From: Candidatus Scatosoma sp.
Lineage (GTDB): Bacteria; Bacillota; Clostridia; Christensenellales; Borkfalkiaceae
DNA length: 64,000 nucleotides
Direction of reading: 5' to 3'
NCBI GenBank assembly: GCA_045533485.1
Contig: JAZSHX010000019.1
Span: forward strand, 8,300-72,299
Shown here: piece by piece, positions 43,613-51,561 of the stretch
Layout of the letters: the number at the start of each line of letters is the position of its first letter
How positions within the stretch are numbered: the stretch's first letter is position 1
Notes under the pieces: generated by a model
The model's input: only the letters and a program-made list of their open reading frames with translations
Told to the model about the DNA's origin: nothing
Databases searched by the model: none
Translations under genes and position numbers: made by a program

Positions 43613-46600
43613 TTATAACGCCACCGTGCCGTCGGTGCAAACGACTTGTTTGACGGAAAGTCCATACGACCAGTTAACACTCTTACCAACAGCGTTCCAT
43701 TCTTCGATAGTCCCGTTGAATTTCAAGCTGGTGACAGCGGAACAGCCTTCAAAGGCATACCCTGCAATCACTTTCGTGTTTTTATGGATGGTATACGTTG
43801 TTAACTTCGTGTCGGAAACGTCCATCAACGCCGCAAAGGCATTGTTATCGTTGCCCAAATACTTGCAATTACCGTACGCAGTATACTGCAACGAATACGT
43901 ATTACTAAATGCATAACTGCCAATCGAAACAACGCTGTCAGGGATAACCACACTGGTTAAGCCACCACAATAATTGAAAGCCATTTCGCCGATAGACGTA
44001 ACACCGTCGGGTATCACCACTTCCCTTAAAGCGTAGCAGTTAGCGAAAGCATACGCGCCGATAGAGGTGACACTGTTAGGAATAACCACGCTGGTCAATT
44101 GATTACATTGGAAAAATGCATACGGTTTAATTTCCGTCACGCCTTCGGGAATCACCAAATCCGTAACAAGCTGATTGTTGATATATAATCTCGTCACTCC
44201 ACCATCGCCAAAGAAACTTGCGTTATGCTCTTTTACCGTAATATTACACCAACCTGCAACGTCCCCTTTATAATATACGTTTTGGACATAACACCTATAA
44301 AGAGCATAATCACCAACGGAAACAAGACTTGCGGGAACGGTAAGATTCGTTATGCCTACACTGTTGCCGTTATCAGAGGAGAACGCATACATTGCGATAT
44401 TTTCCACGCCGTCGGGAATAACAAAGTCCGTTCTGTGACCGTAACCGATGGCATAGCGCACAAGCGTTTTTCCGTCCTTTGTATACAGGTTTCCGTCAAT
44501 CGATTGATATGCCGTGTTGCTTTCGGATACAGCTATATTTTTCAAGCCGTAGCATGCATAGAAAGCCAGTTCCCCAATCGTTTCTACGCCAGCGCCAATC
44601 TGTATGCTTGTTACGGCTGTACACCCGTAAAACGTCCTTGCTCCCAACGTTGTAACGCTGTCGGGAATGACAATCTCCGCCAATGCGGAACAATTATAGA
44701 ATGCATCCTCGCCAATGGAAATAACGCCTTCGGGAATACTTATATTCGTTAAATTTTTGCAACCTGAAAAAGCGCCGCCTGCTATTACCTTGGTCTTTTC
44801 ATGCAACGTGTACGAGGATAAATCCGTGCTGGTAACCCCCATCAAGAAATAGAAATCGTTGCCGTCCACACCCAAATATTTACAATTTGCATATTCGGTA
44901 TAAGAAATTCTACAGTTATAAAATACGCGACTGCCAAGAGAAACAATACTCTCAGGAAGCTCTACGTTGGATAAAGCGCAATATGCAAACGCATCATAAC
45001 CGATAGAAGTAACACTGTCGGGAATAACAACACTACTTAAAGTTTCACAACGATAGAAAGCAGAATTGCCAATGGTCGTAACACCGTAAGGAATTACCAT
45101 TTCCTTTATACCTGTACAAGAATAAAATGCACAAGCTCCAATCGTTTCAACGCCGCTGCCCAGCGTTACGTTTTTCATTAAGCGACAATCACGGAATGCC
45201 TCAACGCCAATTGTTTTCACGCTGGCGGGAAGTACCAGCTCCGTCAAATCACAAGACCAGAATGCATGATAGTCAATCGTTTTTACGCTATTGCCCCACG
45301 TTATGCTGGTTAAGCCGCTATCCGAAAACGCATAACCGCCAATCGTTTCAACGCCGTTGCCAAGCGCTACACTTTTTAAAGCGCTACAGGAAGTGAAAGC
45401 ATATTGGGCAATCGTCTTTACGCTGTCGGGAATAACAACGGCTGTAATTTTTCTGTTTGAAGAAAATGCGTTTTTGGAAATACCCGTCACCGGTACGCCG
45501 TTGTATGTATCGGCAATTTTCACTTTCGTTGCCGTACCTTCATAACCCGTCACTTCCGCATACGTACCGTCCGCGGAAAGCGTATATACAACACCTACCG
45601 TTTCCGTAATAGGTTGACCGCAAAGCGTACAAATATCGTTTTCGCCGTATACGTGCTCTTCCTTTTCTTGGGTTGCGTCACACTTTTGGCATGCATACCA
45701 GTGATACGTGCCGTCCGCCGTATACGTATTTGCCCAAGTATGCTGCGCGTCTACGAAGTTATTTGTCGTTTCCGCTTCGCAAACGGTACATTTAACCACG
45801 TCGTAGCCCCGTTCGGTGCAAGTGGGCGCTACCGTGGAAACGGTTTCCCATGCGTGGTTGTCCGTTACTTCCGTATAATTGCTCTTTTGCGTCGCTTCGC
45901 AATTTATGCACGTTTGCAAATCATAGCCCTGCTCTGCGCAAGTAGGCTCTACCGTCACCGCTTCGCCCCACGTATGTCCGCCGTGTTTCCACTCAATATC
46001 GCTACACGTTGCGCAAATTCTGGACAACAGCGTTTGTTCGCAAAATACGTTTTCCGTAGCGCCAAAAGCTACCCATTCGCCCCAACTATGTACATGCTCT
46101 TCTTCCTTGGGCATTTCCACCGTTTGCCAAGTTCCGTTGGAATAATAGATTATTAAGTTTCCATCTTTATCTATTTCAACTTTGGTTATGCTGACGCCCT
46201 GCTCGCCTTGGTCGCCCTTGTCACCCTTTTCGCCTTGGATGCCTTGCTCACCTTGGTCGCCCTTATCACCCTTGTCGCCTTTCTCGCCTTGGATGCCCTG
46301 TTCGCCTTGGATGCCTTGTTCGCCCTGGTCGCCCTTGTCACCCTTTTCGCCTTGGATGCCTTGTTCGCCTTGGTCGCCCTTATCACCCTTTTCGCCTTGG
46401 ATGCCCTGCTCGCCTTGGTCGCCCTGGTCGCCTTTTTCACCCTTTTCGCCCTGGATGCCTTGCTCACCTTGGTCGCCTTTATCACCCTTTTCACCTTGGA
46501 TGCCTTGTTCGCCTTTCAGCCATGCTAAAAAATCCGCTTGCGTGCCGCTATGCCCGTTCGCAAGCCAAATTTCATAGGCAGATTGTCCATCCGCCCCGTT

Positions 46601-46855
46601 TATGCCGTCTTTACCATCCGCGCCGTCTTCCCCTTGAATGGTCGCGAGCCAAATTTCATACGAAAGCGGTGTTTCCCCCTGCGCTTCCACGTATACGACG
46701 TACTGTTGGTACACGGCTTTGATTTGTTCGTCCATTTGAACGCCATTTACGCTTGAAGAAGATTTATCCCCCACATCACAGCCGCCAAGGGCCAAGCCCG
46801 CGCCAAACATACTCATAAGTGAGAGCGCAAGCGTCAAGATTTTTTTGCCTTTCAT
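43613..46855 (-). CDS. large surface lipoprotein B: lipobox signal peptide, collagen-like G-X-Y region, His/Cys modules plus cap, BspA-type LRR blocks
   Basis: 1080 aa. Signal MKGKKILTLALSLMSMFGAGLALGGC. Two YEIWLA motifs. About 35 G-X-Y triplets (GEKGDKGDQGEQGIQ units). Modules H.WGEAVTVEPTC..GY....C..C. LRR_5-like repeats. C-terminus FNGTIEEWNAVGKSVNW...VVCTDGTVAL. Confidence 0.9.
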   Translation of the reverse strand: MKGKKILTLALSLMSMFGAGLALGGCDVGDKSSSSVNGVQMDEQIKAVYQQYVVYVEAQGETPLSYEIWLATIQGEDGADGKDGINGADGQSAYEIWLANGHSGTQADFLAWLKGEQGIQGEKGDKGDQGEQGIQGEKGEKGDQGDQGEQGIQGEKGDKGDQGEQGIQGEKGDKGDQGEQGIQGEQGIQGEKGDKGDKGDQGEQGIQGEKGDKGDQGEQGVSITKVEIDKDGNLIIYYSNGTWQTVEMPKEEEHVHSWGEWVAFGATENVFCEQTLLSRICATCSDIEWKHGGHTWGEAVTVEPTCAEQGYDLQTCINCEATQKSNYTEVTDNHAWETVSTVAPTCTERGYDVVKCTVCEAETTNNFVDAQHTWANTYTADGTYHWYACQKCDATQEKEEHVYGENDICTLCGQPITETVGVVYTLSADGTYAEVTGYEGTATKVKIADTYNGVPVTGISKNAFSSNRKITAVVIPDSVKTIAQYAFTSCSALKSVALGNGVETIGGYAFSDSGLTSITWGNSVKTIDYHAFWSCDLTELVLPASVKTIGVEAFRDCRLMKNVTLGSGVETIGACAFYSCTGIKEMVIPYGVTTIGNSAFYRCETLSSVVIPDSVTSIGYDAFAYCALSNVELPESIVSLGSRVFYNCRISYTEYANCKYLGVDGNDFYFLMGVTSTDLSSYTLHEKTKVIAGGAFSGCKNLTNISIPEGVISIGEDAFYNCSALAEIVIPDSVTTLGARTFYGCTAVTSIQIGAGVETIGELAFYACYGLKNIAVSESNTAYQSIDGNLYTKDGKTLVRYAIGYGHRTDFVIPDGVENIAMYAFSSDNGNSVGITNLTVPASLVSVGDYALYRCYVQNVYYKGDVAGWCNITVKEHNASFFGDGGVTRLYINNQLVTDLVIPEGVTEIKPYAFFQCNQLTSVVIPNSVTSIGAYAFANCYALREVVIPDGVTSIGEMAFNYCGGLTSVVIPDSVVSIGSYAFSNTYSLQYTAYGNCKYLGNDNNAFAALMDVSDTKLTTYTIHKNTKVIAGYAFEGCSAVTSLKFNGTIEEWNAVGKSVNWSYGLSVKQVVCTDGTVAL
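46196..46513 (-). repeat. imperfect 45-nt tandem coding repeat (collagen-like GEKGDKGDQGEQGIQ units with 9-nt indels)
   Basis: Protein aa 115-220 is uninterrupted G-X-Y. The DNA shows the repeated block ccttggtcgcccttgtcacccttttcgccttggatgccttg. Confidence 0.9.
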
Positions 46856-47037
46856 TGTTTTCCTCCAAAAAATAAAAAGTGTCGCCTTAACGAATAAGAC
46901 GACACTGACAAAAGTGGCTTATCCGCTAAAGTTGCGACACTCAATTAAAATCTAATCGTACAAAAGATTTATGTAACGCAAATAAGGTACACTTATGCCC
47001 TATAAGTATACTTTTGTACGTATTTAATTGAGTTCGC
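46856..47037 (-). promoter_or_regulatory. structured 5' leader B, a diverged paralogue of leader A with the same fold and terminator
   Basis: P1 is 47023..47037 with 46934..46949. P2 is 47011..47020 with 46957..46966. P3 is GUAUACUU/AAGUGUAC. Terminator arms 46878..46889 and 46895..46906 are followed by a U-run, then GGAGG SD and ATG. Confidence 0.6.
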
Positions 47038-47043
47038 AGTTTC

Positions 47044-47072
47044 ATTTTAGCACTTTTCTTTGCATTTGGCAA
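47044..47072 (-). promoter_or_regulatory. sigma-A type promoter of leader B (TTGCCA-17-TAAAAT)
   Basis: -35 at 47067..47072, 17-nt spacer, -10 at 47044..47049. Confidence 0.6.
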
Positions 47073-47092
47073 GCGTTTGAAAGAACTTTGCG

Positions 47093-47130
47093 CGAAAAAA
47101 AACCGCCTTGGCGAAATAAACAAGGCGGTT
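47093..47130 (-). terminator. terminator of the Na/Pi transporter gene
   Basis: AACCGCCTTG / CAAGGCGGTT 10-bp stem followed on the minus strand by TTTTTTCGCG. Confidence 0.8.
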
Positions 47131-47146
47131 GAAAATTTATTTAGTT

Positions 47147-48817
47147 TTAGATAAGCTCGGCTTTTCTTGCTTCGCTTTGTGAACCCGTAGGGTTCAAAAT
47201 ACTGAAACCTACGTTGACAAGGTGGTCGGCTACACGTTCCAGCCCGGCAACCGTCGACGAGAAGTACGCCGAAAGCTCAACTTTACAGTTTCCTTCCGCA
47301 AGACGCGTAAAGTGGCTTGCCGTCAACGTGCGTTTCATTTCGTCCACTTGGTTTTCAAGCTCGGTCAATTCGCCAAGGCGCGTGCTCTTGTTATCGTCGA
47401 ACGCTTCGCTTGCAATTTCAAACATACGCAGGATTTTGCCGTGCATTTCCTTTAAGTCTGCAAGCGCATTTTCCGAGAAAGACAACCCTTCCGCCGCCAT
47501 TTGCGTGCCGATTTCGTGGAAGTTTTCCGCGTGGTCGCCAACGCGTTCTACGTCGTTTAATACGTGGAAATACGAACCGATTACCTTTTCGTCGCCTGCG
47601 GCTACAAGGGGGGAAAGCTTGATTAAGTATTTGGAAAGCGCATGGTTGGTGAAGTCGATAATTTCTTCGTTTTCGTAAATGGCTTTGCCGTTTGTATCGG
47701 AGCCCGTGAAAATGGCGTTGAACGATTTTTCAATATTTTCACGCGCAAGCGCCGCCATATATTCGATTTCTTTTTTCACCTGCATCATAGCAACGGGCGG
47801 CGTTTTGAGTAAGCGTTCGTCGACGTATTTGAAATGGCGTTGATTTTCTTCAACGGGTTTATCTTTGATAACGCGCATAGCAAGCTTGACAATCGACGGA
47901 ATAAAGCTGATAAGCAAGAAGGTGGTTGTCACGTTGAAGATTACGTGGAACCAAGCAAGCTGCATTTGCGGATTGTTCGGCATAAACGCTTGCAGGAAAT
48001 TGATTGCCGGGTGTTTGAAAATCCAAATTAAGATGGTAAACAGCATCGAACCGACCGTTTTACAGAATACGTGAATAAACGCCGTGCGTTTTGCGTTGAC
48101 GCCTGCGCCCACGCATGCAAGGAGCGCCGTTGCACACGTACCGATGTTGGAGCCGATAACCAAGAACAGCGCTTCTTCCAGCCCAAGCGCGCCTGCGCCG
48201 ACCATCGTGATGAAAATACCCGTTGCCGCCGAAGAGCTTTGGATGATTGCCGTGAATACCGCACCAAGCAAAACAAGAATTAAAGGGAAGCTCATATCCC
48301 TAAATAAGTTTTGGAAGAAATTGATGATCGCTTGTCCGCCTTCCGTAGTTGTATCAAACGCGTTGCCCATAAGATTGAGCCCCACGAAAATCAAACCAAA
48401 GCCGCTTAAAATTTCGCCTACTTGTTTGATTTTTTGCGATTTGAAGAAGGTCATTATGACGCCGACAAACGCCAAAAGCGCCAACCAGTCGGAAATACCA
48501 AGCGATTTTAAGGATACGATGATGCCCGTTATCGTCGTACCGATGTTACCGCCCAAAATAATTGCGGTGGCTTGGTACAAGGTCATAATCCCTGCGTTTA
48601 CAAAACCGATGACCATAACGCTGGTTGCCGATGAGCTTTGGATAATCGCCGTTACCCCCGCACCGATACCAACCCCTGCCAAGCGGTTGTTGCTGATTTT
48701 GCCAAGCAGGGTTTTCATACCCTTACCTGCACTCTTTTCCAGTCCGTCGCCAAGCATATTCATGCCTGCGATAAACACGCCCACACCTGCGAGCAATAAT
48801 AAGAAACACGTTAACAT
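47147..48817 (-). CDS. Na/Pi cotransporter family protein with C-terminal PhoU-like domain
   Basis: ORF 47147..49042. Start at ATG 48817 (AAGGAGGG upstream). Duplicated IQSSSA(T/A) motifs in the membrane domain. Helical PhoU-like C-terminus (ERVGDHAEN, LERVADHLVN). Confidence 0.88.
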   Translation of the reverse strand: MLTCFLLLLAGVGVFIAGMNMLGDGLEKSAGKGMKTLLGKISNNRLAGVGIGAGVTAIIQSSSATSVMVIGFVNAGIMTLYQATAIILGGNIGTTITGIIVSLKSLGISDWLALLAFVGVIMTFFKSQKIKQVGEILSGFGLIFVGLNLMGNAFDTTTEGGQAIINFFQNLFRDMSFPLILVLLGAVFTAIIQSSSAATGIFITMVGAGALGLEEALFLVIGSNIGTCATALLACVGAGVNAKRTAFIHVFCKTVGSMLFTILIWIFKHPAINFLQAFMPNNPQMQLAWFHVIFNVTTTFLLISFIPSIVKLAMRVIKDKPVEENQRHFKYVDERLLKTPPVAMMQVKKEIEYMAALARENIEKSFNAIFTGSDTNGKAIYENEEIIDFTNHALSKYLIKLSPLVAAGDEKVIGSYFHVLNDVERVGDHAENFHEIGTQMAAEGLSFSENALADLKEMHGKILRMFEIASEAFDDNKSTRLGELTELENQVDEMKRTLTASHFTRLAEGNCKVELSAYFSSTVAGLERVADHLVNVGFSILNPTGSQSEARKAELI

Positions 48818-48940
48818 TTTTTCCCTCCTTTTCTTTTGTTTTTGTGTGTTTCGCACTCCTTCTTGGAGCCGTTGTAAAAAAAATTTACCTATTTCGCCAT
48901 TTAACAGTATAGCACAAACCCAAAAAAAACGCAAGCAAAT

Positions 48941-48974
48941 GAAAGAAAAAATCGGGCGGTGTTTTTTGCCCGAT
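48941..48974 (-). terminator. terminator ending the PHP/small-protein transcript
   Basis: ATCGGGC / GCCCGAT stem followed on the minus strand by TTTTTTCTTTC. Confidence 0.65.
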
Positions 48975-49002
48975 TTTTTGGAAATGCTTTTATGTTTTTT
49001 AT

Positions 49003-49322
49003 ACTGCGTAGATACGCACGCAAGCGCGACAAAGTATTGCAAGTGCGTGATGTATCTTTACGCTTAATCAACCGAAGAAAAACGAAGCCCCGTGCGACGG
49101 GGTGCGACACCTTTCTATCTTTCTAAAATCGCTTTATGGGGCTTGATTGCAAATCAAAAGCGACTGTGTAATGTACCGCTATGCACTTTCAACCGAAGAA
49201 AAACGAAGCAAGACGCACGCAAGACAAGGCGCACGAGTATTTTTCGCAGGGAGTTTACTTGCTGTAAATGACCAAGAAAAAACGCAGTGCAACGACGTAT
49301 TGCACCGCGTATTCTTCGTTTT
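49003..49322. repeat. array of degenerate family R repeat units in a ~350-nt 3' UTR
   Basis: 49190..49322 aligns with 32333..32475 (GCAAGACAAGGC, GGGAGTTTACTTGCTGTAAA, CGTATTGCACCGCGTATTCTTCG). CAACCGAAGAAAAACGAAGC occurs twice (49068, 49189). 49003..49075 resembles the 3' half of the unit. Confidence 0.6.
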
Positions 49323-49532
49323 TTACCAGTCTTGTTTTTTAAGGGACTTATCCTTTACGTCATCGTAGAACGCGAAATAGCGTTCCTTAAACGCTTCTTT
49401 GGTTAAGGGAACGGGCTGACCGCCTGCTTGCATTTCGTCAAGCATTTCTTGCAGTTCGTCGGGCGTGAAATCGGCAAAATCCGTTTCTTCGCCAAGCGAT
49501 TGAAATAATTTCAAAATATCTAATTGCGACAT
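49323..49532 (-). CDS. small acidic hypothetical protein (69 aa)
   Basis: ORF with a GGGGGAAG ribosome-binding site, starting 10 nt after the PHP gene stop. No motif that I recognise. Confidence 0.55.
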   Translation of the reverse strand: MSQLDILKLFQSLGEETDFADFTPDELQEMLDEMQAGGQPVPLTKEAFKERYFAFYDDVKDKSLKKQDW

Positions 49533-49541
49533 ACTTCCCCC

Positions 49542-50384
49542 TTATATTTCCACCTTGATATATTCGCCGCGGCAAGGCACAGTCAAATAGGTAAACCCGA
49601 TTTCTTTGAGCATTTGCACCACTTGTTCTCTATTTCGTAAAATGCTTTGTTTGCTGTGCGCGTCACTTGCATAGGAAACCTGCCTACCGCCCAGCTCAAA
49701 ATACCGCTTCAAAACGTCGGGGCAGGCAAAACACAGCTCCCCCGAACCGTTGGCGGACGCGTTGACTTCTAAAATTTTATTTTTTTGGATAATCGTTTGG
49801 AGTACGCGGTCAAACGCTTTGGGAAAATCTTGATAGCGCATCGCTTTGTCTTGATAGGGCGCGTAGCGGACGGGATAGCCCAAATGCCCCACGATATCGT
49901 AATGATACGGCACGTCTAAGCTTTGCAAAACCAGCTGTAAATATTCTTCGTACACTTGCTTTTTATCGCGCAAAATTTGCTTGCCGTTTTCATCCGTTTT
50001 ATAATAGGGCGTTTGGTGATAATAATCGACTTTATCCCTTAAATGTATGCTGTTTACGACAAAGTCCGGTTGGCGTTTTTGCACGGTGATCGCATACCTG
50101 CCCTGCACGGACACGTCTTTATCGTAGCCAAATTCCACCCCGACAAGCACGTTCATAACGCCTGCGTAATCTTCTTGCAGGTGGCGCGCTGCGTGGAAAT
50201 ATTCTTCTTCGTCAATCAAGGGCAAATCTTCGCTTAAATTTTCGCCGTAATCGACGTGCTCCGCTACGCCGTAAAACGCTACGCTTTGCGCGCAAGCGGT
50301 TGCAAGCATTTCGGTAAGCGGCGAAACGCCGTCGCAGGAAAATGCGGAGTGCGTGTGCACGTCCGTCAACATTGTTCGTTTCAT
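49542..50384 (-). CDS. PHP-domain phosphoesterase (histidinol-phosphatase family)
   Basis: 280 aa. N-terminal DVHTHSAFSCDG and further His/Asp metal-ligand motifs (GVAEHVDYG, SDAHS). Confidence 0.82.
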   Translation of the reverse strand: MKRTMLTDVHTHSAFSCDGVSPLTEMLATACAQSVAFYGVAEHVDYGENLSEDLPLIDEEEYFHAARHLQEDYAGVMNVLVGVEFGYDKDVSVQGRYAITVQKRQPDFVVNSIHLRDKVDYYHQTPYYKTDENGKQILRDKKQVYEEYLQLVLQSLDVPYHYDIVGHLGYPVRYAPYQDKAMRYQDFPKAFDRVLQTIIQKNKILEVNASANGSGELCFACPDVLKRYFELGGRQVSYASDAHSKQSILRNREQVVQMLKEIGFTYLTVPCRGEYIKVEI

Positions 50385-50650
50385 ATCTACTACCTTTTAT
50401 TTTCTATGCGCTTATTATAGCACAGTTTGTCCGCTTTTTCAAGCACATAGCGCGTTTATGCGTGATTTGGCAGGGAAAATTTTTCCTTGGCTGTTATCAT
50501 TTGCCGTTTTTCGTCCGTTTTTGCTTGCTATCCCCTGTATTTTCCTGCGTTGGAAAATTTTATGCGTTGCTTTTTTGCCTTTTCTTCTTTTATAATAGGC
50601 ATATCGTCGGTTTCGCGACGAAAAAAACCTATGTATAAGGAGAAAAACGT

Positions 50651-51529
50651 ATGAAAAACAATAAGAAAACCTTACTTTGCGCAGTGCTTGCGCTGACGCT
50701 TGCACTGCCAACGGCGCTGGTTGCGTGCAACAAAAACGATCAAGCGGAAATTTTACCGCCCGATGAAGTGGTAACCCCGTTACCCGAAGAAGATCAAACG
50801 CCGAACGTACCCGAAAACGAAACGGTTACGCCCGACGTACAGCCGGAACAAACGCCTACCCCCGAACCTGAACCTGAGCCTACGCCGCAGGTTTCCTATG
50901 CGCGTTACATACGTTGCACGGGAAACAACGTAAATATACGCTCAGGCGCAGGAACTTCGTACGCAGTGCTTGGCTCTGCGGAAAAGAACACTACCTATGC
51001 CATCGTGGGGCAAACGGGGGACTGGTATCAAACGTATTACCGCGGAAAAACGGCGTATATTTCCACTTCCTACGCCGCTGTGCTGACGCTGGAAAAGAGT
51101 GATAATCAAAAGGTGGAAAGCGTGATTGAAGAAGGATATAAGCTGATCGGTGTGCCGTACGTGTACGGCGCGGTGCGTTTGCACGACGGAAACGGTAACC
51201 TTTTGCAAGGGTTTTCCGCGCAAAAATTCGACTGCTCTTCCCTGGTGCAATATATGTTTTACAAGGGCGCGAACGTTAACTTGCAGGTGACTACGCGGAC
51301 GCAGGTGGTTCAGGGCAAGCCCGTGAAAAAAGCCGATTTACAACGCGGCGATTGCTTGTATTTCACCAACGAAAGCCGTCAGCATTTGACGGGCGTCAAC
51401 CGCGTCGGGCACGTGGCGGTGTATCTTGGAAACGATTATATCCTGCACACGGCGTCCGATTACGCGCGTATAGAAAAAATGACCGCCGCGCGGTGGAATT
51501 ATTATCTCGAAGCACGGCGGTTTGTATAA
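50651..51529 (+). CDS. NlpC/P60 (C40) cell-wall peptidase lipoprotein with SH3b-like domain
   Basis: Lipobox LVAC, Pro/Glu/Thr-rich linker, SH3b-like NVNIRSGAGTSYAVLG..GDWYQ, catalytic Cys FDCSSLVQYMF and His GHVAVYLG..ILH. Confidence 0.9.
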   Translation: MKNNKKTLLCAVLALTLALPTALVACNKNDQAEILPPDEVVTPLPEEDQTPNVPENETVTPDVQPEQTPTPEPEPEPTPQVSYARYIRCTGNNVNIRSGAGTSYAVLGSAEKNTTYAIVGQTGDWYQTYYRGKTAYISTSYAAVLTLEKSDNQKVESVIEEGYKLIGVPYVYGAVRLHDGNGNLLQGFSAQKFDCSSLVQYMFYKGANVNLQVTTRTQVVQGKPVKKADLQRGDCLYFTNESRQHLTGVNRVGHVAVYLGNDYILHTASDYARIEKMTAARWNYYLEARRFV

Positions 51530-51561
51530 AGTTTTATAAGGCGACGTGACAAAGCCAAGCG

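Noticed and set aside
46182-46577. Regular short periodic repeats that could look like a CRISPR array, plus plus-strand ORFs (SPWSPLSPF...)
   Set aside because: The periodicity is 9/45 nt with no unique spacers. It lies in-frame within the collagen-like G-X-Y region of lipoprotein B, and the plus-strand ORFs are its antisense artefacts.
50385-50650. c-di-AMP (ydaO-type) riboswitch upstream of the NlpC/P60 hydrolase
   Set aside because: This family often precedes such genes. However, the conserved ACGGGGA / CCCA / GGGGUGAAUC-type blocks are absent, and a TATAAT box sits only about 50 nt from the ATG, leaving a short leader.
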